Assembly (NCBI GenBank): GCA_049319825.1
Contig: JBMORT010000008.1
Coordinates: 12,331 to 76,330, forward strand
Direction of reading: 5' to 3'
Origin: Patescibacteria group bacterium
GTDB lineage: Bacteria > Patescibacteriota > Patescibacteriia > UBA11705 > DATKZF01
DNA: 64,000 nt
Positions within the stretch are counted from its first letter, which is position 1; the number at the start of each line of letters is the position of its first letter. The position numbers and the translations under genes are program-made. This document shows positions 19,949-30,538 of the stretch, one piece after another. The notes below the pieces were generated by a model. The model saw nothing but the letters and a program-made list of their open reading frames with translations. It did no database searches and was not told the origin of the DNA.

Positions 19949-20446
19949 ATGCCCGATAAAAAAGAAAAGAAGGCGATAAAAAAAACGGTCAAAACCGTTA
20001 AAAAGTCGCCGGCCAAAAAGTCAACGGAAAAAGAAGCTGAATCCACGGAAAAAAAACGGGATTATCTTTATGCTGTCGGCAAAAGGAAGACGGCGATCGC
20101 TCAGGTTCGGGTTTATAAAAAAGGCGATGGAAAAATAATTATCAATAAAAAAGAATATCAGAAATTTTTCCCAACAGACGTTTTGCAGGAAATAATCAGC
20201 AAGCCGCTCGATCTGATCGGCCAGAGCGAAAAACTGAGCGTGAGCGTCAAAGTTATCGGCGGCGGTCAGAAAGGACAAGCCGAGGCGGTCGGCAACGGCA
20301 TTTCCAAGGCCTTGATACAGCTTAATCCTAATTTTCGAAAACCATTGAAAAAAGCCGGATATTTGACACGGGATGCGCGTAAAAAAGAAAGAAAGAAACC
20401 GGGATTGAGGCGAGCCAGACGCGCGCCGCAGTGGTCGAAACGTTAA
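19949..20446 (+). CDS. rpsI: 30S ribosomal protein S9
   Basis: GKRKTAIA, GGGQKGQA, ERKKPGLRRARRAPQWSKR. Confidence 0.97.
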   Translation: MPDKKEKKAIKKTVKTVKKSPAKKSTEKEAESTEKKRDYLYAVGKRKTAIAQVRVYKKGDGKIIINKKEYQKFFPTDVLQEIISKPLDLIGQSEKLSVSVKVIGGGQKGQAEAVGNGISKALIQLNPNFRKPLKKAGYLTRDARKKERKKPGLRRARRAPQWSKR

Positions 20447-20462
20447 CATTTAATCAACTCAT

Positions 20463-20492
20463 AAAAAATCCCCGAGCCGGGGATTTTTGTTT
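20463..20492 (+). terminator. intrinsic terminator after rpsI
   Basis: AAAAATCCCCG-AGC-CGGGGATTTTT. Confidence 0.8.
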
Positions 20493-20554
20493 CCCGGCCG
20501 CCCGCTCACGCAATTGAAGTTCGGGCGTTTTATTGTTATAATTCTATTGTCTAT

Positions 20555-22012
20555 ATGAGCAGAACCATTGCGAAAAACACGACTTTTTTAACGGTTGCCT
20601 ACGTGATCCAAAAAATCATTTCGTTTTTTTATTTTATTTTCATCACGCGAATGATCGGCGTGGACGATGTCGGCAAGTACACCTTTGCGCTGGGGTTCAC
20701 CACTTTATCCGCCGTGTTCATCGATTGGGGGTTGAGTCAAATTTTAATCAGAGAATGCGCCAAATATAAAGAAAAAACTCAAAAATATTTAGCCGCCACG
20801 TTAGCGTTCCGCCTGGCCTCATCAGTGTTTGTTTATCTGGCGGTGATCGTGGCGATAAACGTGTTCGTTCGTTTGGCCGGATACGATCCGATTACCATTC
20901 AATTGGTTTATTTGTCCGGCATCGTGATGATACTTGATTCATTTACCTTGGGATTTTGGGGGGTGTTTCGCGGCCATCAAAATTTAAAATACGAATCAAT
21001 CGGCGTGGTCGGCAACCAAATTATCGTCATTGCCGTCGGCACAGCTTCACTTTTACTCGGCTGGCCGCTTCATTTTTTGATTGTCGCCTTTATCGCTGGT
21101 TCATTGTTTAATTTGATTTTTTCCGCGGCGCTGGCAAAAAATAAGCTGAAGCTGGCTCTTAATTTTTCCTGGGATAAACAGCTGATCAAGTTTTTACTCA
21201 AGCTGGCATTCCCGTTCGCCTTACTCGCGATTTTTGGCCGAATGTACGGCTATATCGACCAGATCTTGCTTTATTTTTTGTCAGGAGAAAAATCGCTGGC
21301 CTTCTATTCAGCCGGATATAAAATGATTTTCGCGTTGCAATTCATTCCGTCGGCTTTCGCTGCCGCTATTTTCCCGGCCATGAGCCATTATTTTGTGCGC
21401 TCTCGCGATCAGCTGAAAGTGATATTTGATAAATCAATGGCTTATCTGACCATTTTGGCCGTCCCGATGATGTTCGGCTTGGCCAGTCTGGCCCGTGAAA
21501 TCATTATTACCGCTTATAAAAGTGAATATGAACCGTCAATTTTGGGACTGCAGATATTATCCGTCGGACTGATATTCGTCTTCTTGAATTTTCCGCTCGG
21601 ATCGCTGCTCAACGCCACGGATCGTCAGATATTAAATACCAAGCTGGTCGGCGTGACCATGCTCATCAATTTAATATTAAATGCGATTTTAATACCGTGG
21701 CTCAGTTTTATCGGCGCCGGCATCGCCTTTTTATTCAGCCACGGTTTTTTATTTTCCGCCGGCTTACTGGCGGCCAGAAAAATAATCCCTTATTCAAAAA
21801 AATTGCTCGTTTTTATTTTTGCGAAAAGTATTTTAAGCGCTGGCGTAATGTCCATGGTACTGCTGGCGCTTAAAGATCGTATAAATTTACTGATCGCCAT
21901 CGGTCTGGGTGCGGCCGTTTATTTTATCATGATGTTTTTGGTTAAAGGTTTGGACAAGTCCGATCTTATTGAATTAAAAAAGATTTTCATAAAAAAAGCC
22001 GATAGAATTTAA
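20555..22012 (+). CDS. polysaccharide flippase (Wzx/MOP family)
   Basis: 485 aa, many TM helices, IAKNT N-terminus typical of Wzx-like flippases. Confidence 0.85.
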   Translation: MSRTIAKNTTFLTVAYVIQKIISFFYFIFITRMIGVDDVGKYTFALGFTTLSAVFIDWGLSQILIRECAKYKEKTQKYLAATLAFRLASSVFVYLAVIVAINVFVRLAGYDPITIQLVYLSGIVMILDSFTLGFWGVFRGHQNLKYESIGVVGNQIIVIAVGTASLLLGWPLHFLIVAFIAGSLFNLIFSAALAKNKLKLALNFSWDKQLIKFLLKLAFPFALLAIFGRMYGYIDQILLYFLSGEKSLAFYSAGYKMIFALQFIPSAFAAAIFPAMSHYFVRSRDQLKVIFDKSMAYLTILAVPMMFGLASLAREIIITAYKSEYEPSILGLQILSVGLIFVFLNFPLGSLLNATDRQILNTKLVGVTMLINLILNAILIPWLSFIGAGIAFLFSHGFLFSAGLLAARKIIPYSKKLLVFIFAKSILSAGVMSMVLLALKDRINLLIAIGLGAAVYFIMMFLVKGLDKSDLIELKKIFIKKADRI

Positions 22013-22023
22013 TTTTTTTTCAC

Positions 22024-22722
22024 ATGCCGGATAATTACACAAATATATTCCCGAAAGACCGGAAAGTTATCGCCGTTTTTTCCCATCGGGCGGCCGGAGA
22101 TTTGAAAAATAACCGGCCGAATCAGACCAATTTTTTTTCTCAATTCGGTATTGATTGGGATCAGGTTGTGTTCATGAATCAGGTTCACGGAGCCAATGTC
22201 GAATATGCCGACGGATCGCGACGCTTGATTGATAACACCGACGGTATTTTTACTGACAAGAAAAATGTTTACTTGGCGGTTAATACCGCCGATTGTCTGC
22301 CGATATTTATCATCAATGATAATCCTGCATTCGTCGGCGTCATTCATTGCGGCTGGCGGAGCTTGGTCAATGGTATTATCGCCCAATTTTTTCGCCAGGT
22401 AGCCGAGCGGCTACCGCTGAAATTTGAAAGAATTCGGGCGACGGTGGGGCCGGGCATTCAATCCTGTCATTTTGAAATAAAGAACGACGTGCTGGACGCG
22501 TTCCAAAAATATCAATCCGATATCTCCGAGCGGTCGGGAAAAATGTTTGTCGATCTGCCGGCCATCGCGCGACGCTGCTTGACTGAGGCCGGTTTAAAAG
22601 GATATAATATAAAACTGTCAGAGGCGTGCACCTATTGCCAGAATGAAAAATACTATTCGTTTCGGCGAGAGAGAGAACAGCTGAATGGCGAAATGATCGG
22701 ATTCATTGGTTTATATGAATAA
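22024..22722 (+). CDS. pgeF: PgeF/YfiH family protein
   Basis: QVHG, TADCLP, HCGWR, GPGI, YYSFRR motifs. Confidence 0.9.
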   Translation: MPDNYTNIFPKDRKVIAVFSHRAAGDLKNNRPNQTNFFSQFGIDWDQVVFMNQVHGANVEYADGSRRLIDNTDGIFTDKKNVYLAVNTADCLPIFIINDNPAFVGVIHCGWRSLVNGIIAQFFRQVAERLPLKFERIRATVGPGIQSCHFEIKNDVLDAFQKYQSDISERSGKMFVDLPAIARRCLTEAGLKGYNIKLSEACTYCQNEKYYSFRREREQLNGEMIGFIGLYE

Positions 22723-23878
22723 AACCCTGCTGGTCACAATCGATTTTCCGCCAATGATTGGCGGTGTGGCAAATTATTGGGCGAATTTGAATAAATGCTT
22801 ACCCAAAGAAGAGCTGGTAATATTGGCTCCGGAATATGATAATTCGCATAGTTTTGACATACGTCAAAATTACCTGATATACAGAAAAAATTTAATTTCG
22901 AAAAAAAAGTGGCTTTGGCCTAGGTGGTTGCCGCTTTTTTATTCGATGTATCGATTGATAAAAATGGAGGGCATAAAAACCATCATTGCCGGCCAGGTTT
23001 TACCGGTGGGCACTGCCGCGTACTTATTGTCAAAAATTATGCGCGTCAATTATGTCGTTTCCACCCATGGCATGGATATTAAAATACAAAAACCCGGGTC
23101 TCGTCGGCATTGGTTGATCAAGCGAATAATTAAAAACGCCGACCACGTGATAACCAACAGCCGGTATACCATGCGCGAAGTGGTACGTTTGGGAGGAAAA
23201 CCAGAACAAATATCAGTTATTTATCCATGCCCGAATATTGAAGACAGTTCAATCGATCCGGCGCTTCGTGATGATATCGTGAAAGAATACGAGCTGGCCG
23301 GCAAAAAAATACTATTGACCGTCGGTCGATTGGTGGAAAGAAAAGGCCATGACCGGGTAATCCAATCACTGACGTCGTTGGTTGAGCATTTTCCAAATAT
23401 TATTTACCTGATAATTGGTCGAGGGCCGAATCTTAATAACCTGAAGCAATTGGTCGATCGCCTGCGTTTGCAACAAAATGTTTTATTTTTCGATCGAGTG
23501 GATGATGATGAACTCCGAATATTCTATGATTTGGCCGATGTTTTTATCATGACTTCCCGCGAGCTCAGTTGCGGTGATGTCGAGGGTTTTGGCATTGTTT
23601 ATCTGGAAGCGAATGGTTTTAAAAAGCCGGTAATTGCCGGCCGCACCGGCGGGGCAGTGGAAGCTGTCGAGCATGGCGTTAACGGTCTTTTGGTTGATCC
23701 CGATGATTTTGAGTGCATATCCCAAGCCATCGCCAAGTTGATGGCTGATACTCGGTTGGCCAAAAAATTGGGCGAAAATGGATTTGCGCGAAATAAGCGA
23801 TCATTTTGCTGGCCGATGCAAGCACGAAAACTGCAAGACATTTTATCATCCAAATCAAATTGGACCACTTCGACATAA
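22715..23878 (+). CDS. glycosyltransferase family 4
   Basis: DFPPMIGG, GRLVERKG, EGFGIVYLEA motifs. Confidence 0.92.
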   Translation: MNKTLLVTIDFPPMIGGVANYWANLNKCLPKEELVILAPEYDNSHSFDIRQNYLIYRKNLISKKKWLWPRWLPLFYSMYRLIKMEGIKTIIAGQVLPVGTAAYLLSKIMRVNYVVSTHGMDIKIQKPGSRRHWLIKRIIKNADHVITNSRYTMREVVRLGGKPEQISVIYPCPNIEDSSIDPALRDDIVKEYELAGKKILLTVGRLVERKGHDRVIQSLTSLVEHFPNIIYLIIGRGPNLNNLKQLVDRLRLQQNVLFFDRVDDDELRIFYDLADVFIMTSRELSCGDVEGFGIVYLEANGFKKPVIAGRTGGAVEAVEHGVNGLLVDPDDFECISQAIAKLMADTRLAKKLGENGFARNKRSFCWPMQARKLQDILSSKSNWTTST

Positions 23879-23954
23879 TTTGTGGGTAAATCAACCATAT
23901 TTTGATCATTTGACACATTGATTTTCGTTTGGTATCATATACTCACATACAAAT

Positions 23955-24004
23955 ACCGCAGACAGCAAGGGCCTCGCCGGCTTAAAAAACGACCTTGCCT
24001 AGGT
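23955..24004 (+). promoter_or_regulatory. L10 ribosomal protein leader RNA
   Basis: ACCGCAGACAGCAAGG...TTAA...CCTTGCCTAGGT resembles the L10 leader consensus; directly upstream of rplJ. Confidence 0.8.
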
Positions 24005-24085
24005 AAAGCAAAATTTTGCTATTTTTCGCGGTATTTTCAATGCCGTTTTTTATTTAATTATTTTATTAAGATATCTATAATTTAT

Positions 24086-24613
24086 ATGGCATTAACTAAA
24101 CAACAAAAAGAGCAAAGAGTCAAATTATTGGTTGAGGATCTTGAAAAATCAAAGTCAATTATTATTTCCGATTTAAATGGTTTGACTGTCAATGACACGC
24201 AAGAATTAAAGAAACAGGCCAAGGCGCTGGGTGTTAAAATGAAAGCCATCAAGAAAACTCTGCTGCGGTTGGCGCTGGAGCAGGCGAGGATTGAAGGCAT
24301 TGATGCGAAAGCGCTGGCTGGCAGTTTGGTCGTGGCGATGGGGATTGAAGATGAAGTCGCTCCGGCTAAAATTTTGGCTGAGTTTGCGAAGACTCATGAA
24401 CAGGTGAAGATATTGACCGGCTATCTTGACAATAAAGTACTGACTCAGACAGAGGCAATCGCGCTGTCAAAAATTCCGTCAAAGGACGAATTATTGGCCA
24501 AAGTGGTTGGCAGTTTGAACGCGCCTGTTTCCGGATTCGTCAATGTCTTGGCGGGTAATTTGAGAGGCTTGTTGAATGTTTTGAATGGCATCAGGGACGC
24601 GAAGTCCGCGTAA
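24086..24613 (+). CDS. rplJ: 50S ribosomal protein L10
   Basis: MALTKQQK, KKTLL, IPSKDELLAKVVGSLNAP; upstream of rplL. Confidence 0.95.
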   Translation: MALTKQQKEQRVKLLVEDLEKSKSIIISDLNGLTVNDTQELKKQAKALGVKMKAIKKTLLRLALEQARIEGIDAKALAGSLVVAMGIEDEVAPAKILAEFAKTHEQVKILTGYLDNKVLTQTEAIALSKIPSKDELLAKVVGSLNAPVSGFVNVLAGNLRGLLNVLNGIRDAKSA

Positions 24614-24740
24614 TCTACATTATTCAATATTAAATAGCTAGTGCGCCTAGCAAGACGAGAGCGACCAGTAAAACAAGTAATCCTTTTTTAGGACTTGTCG
24701 CGCTTGTCTGGCTTGTCTCGCTCGTCGCACTGATAAAAAT

Positions 24741-25160
24741 ATGGCAGAAGAAGCAAAGCAAGATGAAAAAAAAGAAGTTGAAGTTCCTGAGAAATTCAAG
24801 AAGCTAGTTGAGGAAATCGAAAAAATGTCTGTTCTAGACCTTTCCGAATTAGTTAAGGTTCTGGAAGACAAATTCGGAGTTTCCGCGGCCGCTCCGGTGG
24901 CGGCCATGGCTGTCGCCGCCGGCGCTGGCGCCGCTCCGGCAGAGGAAAAGACCGAATTTAACGTCGAACTGACCGCGGCGGGTGAGAATAAAATCGCCGT
25001 GATCAAGGTCGTAAAAGAGATTTCCGGTCTGGGATTAAAGGAAGCCAAAGACCTTGTCGACGGCGCTCCCAAAGTGATTAAAGAAGCGGTTAAAAAAGAA
25101 GAGGCGGAAGAAATGAAGAAAAAGCTGGAAGGCGCCGGCGCGACCGTGAATTTGAAGTAA
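24741..25160 (+). CDS. rplL: 50S ribosomal protein L7/L12
   Basis: [25 protein letters not shown]. Confidence 0.97.
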   Translation: MAEEAKQDEKKEVEVPEKFKKLVEEIEKMSVLDLSELVKVLEDKFGVSAAAPVAAMAVAAGAGAAPAEEKTEFNVELTAAGENKIAVIKVVKEISGLGLKEAKDLVDGAPKVIKEAVKKEEAEEMKKKLEGAGATVNLK

Positions 25161-25179
25161 ATTTTTCATCTAAATACAA

Positions 25180-25213
25180 TAAAAGTCTCGCTGATAGCGG
25201 GGCTTTTATTTTT
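25180..25213 (+). terminator. intrinsic terminator after rplL
   Basis: TAAAAGTCTCGCT-GAT-AGCGGGGCTTTTA followed by T-run. Confidence 0.7.
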
Positions 25214-25417
25214 CAAAAATGCCTCGTATTACCGACTCGATTAAAAAAATCCAAACATTTGGATTTTTTATATTCGGGGTATTCGGGTCGATTATTCGCG
25301 GCATTCGGATCATTACTTTGTTTTTGATAATGGATTGCGAAATTTATGTTCGAGTTGACAAAAAAGCCACAAACTGCTAAAGTTTGGAGTTGTTTTTTGA
25401 CAATCAAGGAGGCAAAC

Positions 25418-27442
25418 ATGTTTGAGCTATACGACTATCAGAAACCGCCTCTAAAGGCGGTAAATCAAGCATTTGAGACGCAACAGCGCGTGCTAATGGT
25501 TATGGCCAGCGGACTTGGAAAAACAGTGGTTTCAGCATTCTGGGCCAAAGATCATCTCCGGCATGGCAAGATGCTGTTTCTGTGCCATGAGAATGAAATC
25601 CTGGCGCAGGCGTTGAGTATTTTCAGGCAGGTGCTGGGTGAAACTGTTTCTCTCGGCGTATTTACCGGACAGCAAAAAGACTATGAAGATGTTGACGCCC
25701 TTTTCGCGTCTTTCCAGACTTTTAGAGAATGGAAAGAAGCCTTTTTCCCAGATGAGTTCGCCACAATCATAGTGGATGAATCTCATCACGGTCAGGCGCC
25801 GACATTTCGGGAAGTGATTGAGTACTTTACTCCTCAAAAACTTCTGGGAATGACCGCCACGCCGGATCGCATGGATGAAAAAGACATCCGTGAGATTTTC
25901 GGAGACGAGGTGGTAAATCTGACTTTGGAAGAGGGAATCGCCAAAGGCTGGCTGACGCCGGTTGAATATCACGTGATGACCGATGATTTGGATAAGCGCG
26001 CCTTGAATCAAATCCTACAAGAAGTGCTGAAAAAAGGTCAGCGGATCTCGATCAAGCAGCTGAACGAAACCATTTTCGTGCAGGCGCGCGATGAAGAAAT
26101 CGCCCGAATCATTCAAGAGCATGACAGAAAGACAATTATTTTTTGCGAGGGAATTGATCACCCTGAAGACTTTGCCCAATATCTGCCCGGAGCGGAATGC
26201 TTTCACTCAGAGAAAAATTATGAGCATAATGACAGGGTGTTGAAAGCTTTCAAAGACGGCACGCTTCAATACATTTTAGCGGTTGACAAGTTCAATGAAG
26301 GAATTGACATTCCGGACGCTGAAATGGTGGTGTTCCTTCGCTGCACAGACTCGAAGACAGTTTTTTTGCAGCAGCTGGGCAGGGGACTCAGAAAGGCCGA
26401 AGGCAAAGACAATGTTGTCATTCTTGATTTTGTGGCCAATTGCCATCGCCTGATCGCTGTTCGCGATATGGTTGAGAGAGTCAAATCAATGGCCAATGTG
26501 CAGGCCTTGTGCAAAGACATCCTTAAGGTAACCGGCGAAGCATTTGACTTCTTGTTCACGGATGAACAGCAGGACATCTTTGAGGTTCTCGAAGCGATTC
26601 AGCCTCGATATGTGTCAGACATCCCGCATCTTCTGGCAGAGTATTCAGGTAAGAACGAATTGCCGCCTGATCAAGTCATTGCCGGGACAATGCAACAGCT
26701 GTTGTGGGAATGCCAACAACCTGAATGCAGATATGAATGGAAGGCGAGCGGCCATGTTAGGCTGAGTCTTGGAACTGGTTGTCCGGCATGCAGTAATAGG
26801 GTGGTGACAAATAAGAATAATTTGGCCATGACTCATCTGAAACTAGCTAACGAATATTCAGATAAGAATGAATTGCCGGCTAATCAAATCGTCGCCGGTA
26901 CAAGTAAAAAGATTTGGTGGAGATGTTCAATCTGTGGACATGAATGGCGTCAGAGTGGAAGCATTAGGGTGCGAGGAGCAGGATGCCCGTCTTGCGCGAA
27001 TAAGGTCCTTACGAATAAAAATAATTTAGCAGTTACGCATCCCGAATTAGCAGAAGAATATTCTGACAGAAATGAATTGCCAGCAAACAAAATTTTTGCG
27101 GGAACCAATAAAAAATTATTGTGGAAGTGTAGGAAATGTGGATATGAGTGGCAGCAGACTGGGAACAAAAGAGTTCATGGAACTGGTTGCCCTGCTTGCG
27201 CGAACCAAATTGTTACAGTAAAAAATAATTTGGCGGCTACTCATCCACGATTGGCAAGAGAATATTCTGGAAGAAATAAATTACCAGTTGATCAGATTAA
27301 AGCTGGTTCAAACAAGAAAGTATTATGGAAATGCATGGATTGTTCATGTGAGTGGGAGGCAGTTGTTAATAACAGAAAAAAAGGCTCTGGTTGTCCTAAA
27401 TGCAGCCGAAAAAGGGCATGGGTAAAAAGAAGAAAAAAATAA
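25418..27442 (+). CDS. SF2 (ResIII-like DExH) helicase with four C-terminal zinc-ribbon (DUF4379-like) repeats
   Basis: ASGLGKT, DESHH, TATP, QQLGRGLR; four ~69-aa repeats with CxxC...GCPxC; AAGGAGG RBS; TTGACA promoter at 25355. Confidence 0.88.
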   Translation: MFELYDYQKPPLKAVNQAFETQQRVLMVMASGLGKTVVSAFWAKDHLRHGKMLFLCHENEILAQALSIFRQVLGETVSLGVFTGQQKDYEDVDALFASFQTFREWKEAFFPDEFATIIVDESHHGQAPTFREVIEYFTPQKLLGMTATPDRMDEKDIREIFGDEVVNLTLEEGIAKGWLTPVEYHVMTDDLDKRALNQILQEVLKKGQRISIKQLNETIFVQARDEEIARIIQEHDRKTIIFCEGIDHPEDFAQYLPGAECFHSEKNYEHNDRVLKAFKDGTLQYILAVDKFNEGIDIPDAEMVVFLRCTDSKTVFLQQLGRGLRKAEGKDNVVILDFVANCHRLIAVRDMVERVKSMANVQALCKDILKVTGEAFDFLFTDEQQDIFEVLEAIQPRYVSDIPHLLAEYSGKNELPPDQVIAGTMQQLLWECQQPECRYEWKASGHVRLSLGTGCPACSNRVVTNKNNLAMTHLKLANEYSDKNELPANQIVAGTSKKIWWRCSICGHEWRQSGSIRVRGAGCPSCANKVLTNKNNLAVTHPELAEEYSDRNELPANKIFAGTNKKLLWKCRKCGYEWQQTGNKRVHGTGCPACANQIVTVKNNLAATHPRLAREYSGRNKLPVDQIKAGSNKKVLWKCMDCSCEWEAVVNNRKKGSGCPKCSRKRAWVKRRKK

Positions 27443-27443
27443 G

Positions 27444-27524
27444 CCATGATTCAAAATCATGGTTTTTTATTCCCGCCGCGCCAGTTTCATGGATCCCGGA
27501 TCAAGTCCGGGATAATCGTGCGGG
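27444..27524. terminator. terminator hairpin plus REP-like palindrome between convergent genes
   Basis: CCATGATT-CAA-AATCATGG-T6; ATCCCGGA-TCAAG-TCCGGGAT. Confidence 0.65.
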
Positions 27525-27568
27525 CGCAATGCCTAAAAACAATCAATAATTGACAATCAACAATCATT

Positions 27569-29710
27569 CTACAAATGCTTCATCCCCACCGTCCACACTT
27601 TCGCGTCCCCGATTATGTAAATCTTTTTATTTTTTTCATCAATAACCAAGCTGTCAATCTCATTGATATTGTCTACTTGATATTGGACGACGTTCAGTCC
27701 TTGCTTGCTTAAAACAATCACGCGCCGTGTCGGCCGATCGATCAGATACAGAAAACTTGAATCTTTGTCCGTGTAAATATAATCAGCGCTTTGGATGGCC
27801 GGTTCGATTTTTTGAACGCTGAATGTTTGCTTTTTGCCGCTTAAAAATTTGATGATATTGCCATTTGCCGTCAGTACATAAATATCACCGTCAATGGCTA
27901 TCGAATTGGCGCCGGATAAATTAGTTTGATCGCCGATCCATTCCGTCGCGGCGCCCAGCGAAGTGCCGCCCATGCCGCGTAATTTATAGATTTGATTTTC
28001 ATCAGAGGATAGAATGTATAAATTGGTGTTGTAAATTTTGAAATCATCGGCGGGGTGGCCGAACTCAATATCCATTTTTTTCAGTGATGTGTTTTCCGTA
28101 GAATATAAATAACTATCTCCGTTTTGAAAAAGGATAAGCAGATCCGATTGATCAAAAGTATTGATGGCCGATACGGTGGAATCAGATTCGGTATCTATTG
28201 TTTCTTTGACTTGTCCGCTTTTTACATCGATTATCAATACTTTATTGCCGGCTCCCAAAGCTAAAATTTGATCGTTCACCAGACAGGCGGCGTTCGCTTG
28301 GCTGATGCCAGGCAATGAGGCCAGAGCGGTCGCGGCCGTGTCTTCCAGTTTTAATAATTTATTTTGTAGTGATTCGTATTGGCTTTTGATCGATTCGTTT
28401 TTCTGTTTTTGCGCGTCGCTGTCTTGCGGCAGTTTCTTAATCAGCTCGTCGGCTTCCGTCAACAATGACAGGCTTTTTTCGGTGTTTCTGAACAAAAACG
28501 CCGCCTCAGCTTGATTTAGTTTGTCCTCAATTTGAGTAATCGATTGCGTGTACGCCTGGTCTTGTTTTTTTTCTTGCCTTGATTGATAAAGCCAGACAAT
28601 GCTTAAGGCGAAGGCAATCACCAGCGCGCCGATAACCGGCAACAAAATTTTTAATGAAATTTTCGGTTTTTGTGTCGCCGCTGCGTCGGTTTTATCAACA
28701 CCGGTTGCGGCTGGAGCAGACACGGAAAATATGTTCATTTTTTTTAATATTTTTTTAAGTAAGTGGCCAGATGTCCCGGCTCTGATTTCATCGATAATCA
28801 CGCCTTTGGGCTTCTTTTTGAAGGCCAAGAATGATTTTAGCCGGTGTCCGCAATTCTTAATTTTCTGCATGATATTGATGCCAATCGCCGGTGTCAGATA
28901 TTTTTCCGTGTTTTCTTGCGTGGAAACCAAACTGCTGATTGATTTTTGCGAAGCGTGGTCCTGTTCGAATAAATTTATGTCTTCTTGCTTGATAAAAATC
29001 GCCGAGTAGCTGCGACCGTGGTTTTTTAGCCTTTTTTGCAGCAGGACGTTAAAATCCTCGACAAATTCTCTGATCGGCCGGCTGGTCACCAGCTGGTTCA
29101 TTTTTTCAGTTGAAAAAAATCGCGCGAAAGTTTCATTGGAAATAATTAGCGTGTCCGGTCTGAATATTTTTCCGGAGATAATGCTGTTGAAAATTTTTAC
29201 TTTATTGAATTGTTCAGCCGGAGCATTGGTCAAAATATCAATGATTTTATAGTTGGCTTTTTTTGTTTTGTGCACCAGATAGCATTGCATTGAACCGCGC
29301 TGACTGATAATGACGCCGGTATCGGCTTCTTCCTGTTTGACCACCGCCACCAGGAAATTGAAATTTTCCAAAATCAGCTGAATTTGTCCGTTTTGAATGA
29401 GTTGGATTACTTGTTCATTGGTTTTTTGCAGGGCATGTTCAAAAACAGCCTCTAAATTAAGCTTTTTAGGGTCTGGCGAGGTGATCACCTGGCGATAATA
29501 ATGATCTTTTAGCGTGGAAATTATGGTTTGCGAAATTTTCTGACCCTGCTGAGTCGGGGTGGCATTAATTTCGATAATGCCCAAAATATGGCCACCATAG
29601 TTTTCTTTTCCTTCGGGAAAAATAATGAAATTTTCGCAAAAATAATCACTCCCGACCGCTTGCGGGGGCAGAAAAATTTCCTCTATCCTGAGGGCTTTTT
29701 GTTTATCCAT
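27569..29710 (-). CDS. large single-pass membrane protein with C-terminal beta-propeller-like domain
   Basis: 713-aa ORF, one TM, SIAIDGDIYVL-type propeller blades. Confidence 0.75.
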   Translation of the reverse strand: MDKQKALRIEEIFLPPQAVGSDYFCENFIIFPEGKENYGGHILGIIEINATPTQQGQKISQTIISTLKDHYYRQVITSPDPKKLNLEAVFEHALQKTNEQVIQLIQNGQIQLILENFNFLVAVVKQEEADTGVIISQRGSMQCYLVHKTKKANYKIIDILTNAPAEQFNKVKIFNSIISGKIFRPDTLIISNETFARFFSTEKMNQLVTSRPIREFVEDFNVLLQKRLKNHGRSYSAIFIKQEDINLFEQDHASQKSISSLVSTQENTEKYLTPAIGINIMQKIKNCGHRLKSFLAFKKKPKGVIIDEIRAGTSGHLLKKILKKMNIFSVSAPAATGVDKTDAAATQKPKISLKILLPVIGALVIAFALSIVWLYQSRQEKKQDQAYTQSITQIEDKLNQAEAAFLFRNTEKSLSLLTEADELIKKLPQDSDAQKQKNESIKSQYESLQNKLLKLEDTAATALASLPGISQANAACLVNDQILALGAGNKVLIIDVKSGQVKETIDTESDSTVSAINTFDQSDLLILFQNGDSYLYSTENTSLKKMDIEFGHPADDFKIYNTNLYILSSDENQIYKLRGMGGTSLGAATEWIGDQTNLSGANSIAIDGDIYVLTANGNIIKFLSGKKQTFSVQKIEPAIQSADYIYTDKDSSFLYLIDRPTRRVIVLSKQGLNVVQYQVDNINEIDSLVIDEKNKKIYIIGDAKVWTVGMKHL

Positions 29711-29904
29711 AGCTCGAAATTGACTGCTCAACTGTACTTGTATTATACTATAAATAGATAAAAAGGGGAAATATCTGGCAATCAAATTCAGGCATCAAGT
29801 GTCGAAACAATAAAAAATATTGTTCAGGAGTATTGTCGGGAAATTGAGGGGAATTCGGACAATGTATTTGATGTCTTGGCAAGAGATTGTTTTTTGGGGA
29901 TGTT

Positions 29905-30537
29905 ATGTTTGAACAACTTTTTGGATCAAAGACTCGAGCCAAATTAATACAGGTTTTTTTGGAAAATCCTGATAAGGTTTTTTATGTCAGAGAATTAACA
30001 CGCATTACCGGCGCCATGATCAATTCCATTCGTCGCGAATTGCAAATACTTGAAGAAATGAAAATAGTTTACGTTGAACGTCAAATGATCGAGCAAAATA
30101 TCAAAGATTTGAATTTGCCGGAAGGTCTGAATTCCAAAAAATTTTATAAACTCAATACACAAAACGTCTTTCACCGCGAATTGAAAAACATTTTCAAAAA
30201 AAATAATATTGTCAATGAAAATAAAATAACGGATTTACTGACTAATATCAGCCCGATCCATCTGGTGGTGCTGACCGGCCAGCTGATCGGCGCCGCGGAT
30301 GCGCCTACCGACGTGCTGATCGTCACCGAGGCGCCCAAAGCGAAATTTGTTCCTTTTTTAAAATCGCTGAAAGAAAAGGTAAAAAACGAGCTGAATTACA
30401 CTTTCATGACCGCCGATGAGTATGTGCTGCGTGGCGATATCAAAGATAAATTTTTATTCTCCATATTAAATAACAAAAAAAACATTGTTTTGATCGATAA
30501 GATCAAGGAGTTAATCGCAACGCCCGTTGCCAAATAA
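29905..30537 (+). CDS. winged-HTH transcriptional regulator-like protein
   Basis: LFGSKTR, YVRELTR, INSIRREL HTH-like N-terminus. Confidence 0.7.
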   Translation: MFEQLFGSKTRAKLIQVFLENPDKVFYVRELTRITGAMINSIRRELQILEEMKIVYVERQMIEQNIKDLNLPEGLNSKKFYKLNTQNVFHRELKNIFKKNNIVNENKITDLLTNISPIHLVVLTGQLIGAADAPTDVLIVTEAPKAKFVPFLKSLKEKVKNELNYTFMTADEYVLRGDIKDKFLFSILNNKKNIVLIDKIKELIATPVAK

Positions 30538-30538
30538 T

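Noticed and set aside
26600-27420. DGR template/variable repeat pair in the zinc-ribbon repeats
   Set aside because: Differences between repeats are not adenine-specific, and no reverse transcriptase is present
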